DNA of 64,000 nucleotides from Phyllosticta citribraziliensis (taxonomy: Eukaryota), in NCBI RefSeq assembly GCF_038025025.1, contig NW_027117346.1, positions 682,001-746,000 of the forward strand. The letters run 5' to 3'. The notes beneath the pieces were generated by a model. That model had not been told where the DNA came from and ran no database searches. It saw nothing but the letters and a program-made list of their open reading frames with translations. The translations under genes and the position numbers were made by a program. Positions 63,339-64,000 of this stretch are shown here, piece by piece (within the stretch, counting starts at the first letter, position 1; each line of letters starts with the position of its first letter).

Positions 63339-64000
63339 ATGTCGTCCGCCCAAGCTCAAGATCTCAAAAAGGCCGACCAAGGCTCCCTCGCCACCTCGAC
63401 CGCTTCTCAACAGAGCGACAACGTCGCCCATGCCTTGGCCGGGGCTGGCGGAGGCCTGTTCTCCATGGCCTTGACGTACACGCCCCTGCCGGATGACTCC
63501 AACACCCATGCTGATGAATGACAGCTACCCGCTCATCACCCTGTCCACCCGCGCACAAGTTGAGTCCAAGCGCGCCCAGTCCTCCACCCTCGACGCCGCG
63601 AAGCGCATCGTCCAGCGCGAAGGCATCTCGGGCCTGTACTCCGGCCTCGAATCTGCCCTGTTCGGCATCAGCGTCACCAACTTTGTCTACTATTACTGTG
63701 CGTAACATGTGAAGAGAGAGGTTTCGCGCCGTGTCAAATTCCTGACAGCTACAAGGGTACGAGTGGACCAGGGCCGGCTTTGAGAAGGCGGCCATCAAGG
63801 CTGGACGAGCCTCCAAGAACCTGACGACCATCGAGTCGATGATTGCCGGTGCCCTGGCCGGCAGCGCCACGGTACTCCTCACCAACCCCATCTGGGTTGT
63901 CAACACGCGCATGACGGCCAGGAGCAAGTCCGAGTCGAGCGAGACGCTTCCCGGCGGCGCAAAGCCCAAGGCCCCTTCGACCATTGGCACCCTCGTCTCC
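63339..64000 (+). CDS. Peroxisomal membrane carrier PMP47-like (mitochondrial carrier family), partial
   Basis: DNVAHALAGAGGGLFSMALT/YPLITLSTRAQVE, REGISGLYSGL, NFVYYY/WYE and TNPIWVVNTRM. 2 introns. The gene runs off the window. Confidence 0.88.

Overview
Intron-rich filamentous ascomycete (Pezizomycotina) nuclear DNA with about 22 supportable protein-coding genes. No rRNA, tRNA, CRISPR array or intact transposon was recognised. From left to right: a partial F-box gene missed by the ORF track, a secreted type-B carboxylesterase, a DHA1-type MFS transporter, a probable decayed gene, a RING-CH E3 ligase head-to-head with proteasome alpha-2 (PRE8), tryptophan synthase, a Gyp5-like Rab-GAP, an AA11-type LPMO, PGA2-like, CENP-S/MHF1, a MARVEL-like membrane protein, an APH-like kinase flanked by local repeats, a divergent pair of zinc alcohol dehydrogenases, Dicer-like 2 head-to-head with CENP-Q, AcuM, SPO22/ZIP4, a hybrid histidine kinase, Abp2 and a partial PMP47-like carrier. 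The most striking observation concerns the Dicer-2 gene. It has an in-frame 59-codon extension upstream of the canonical start that reads like a mitochondrial presequence (9 Arg, no acidic residues, R-10 cleavage motif), and it also has an unusual acidic repeat tail of about 280 aa. This suggests a possibly dual-targeted cytosolic/mitochondrial Dicer. All gene models were spliced by eye and no database searches were run.
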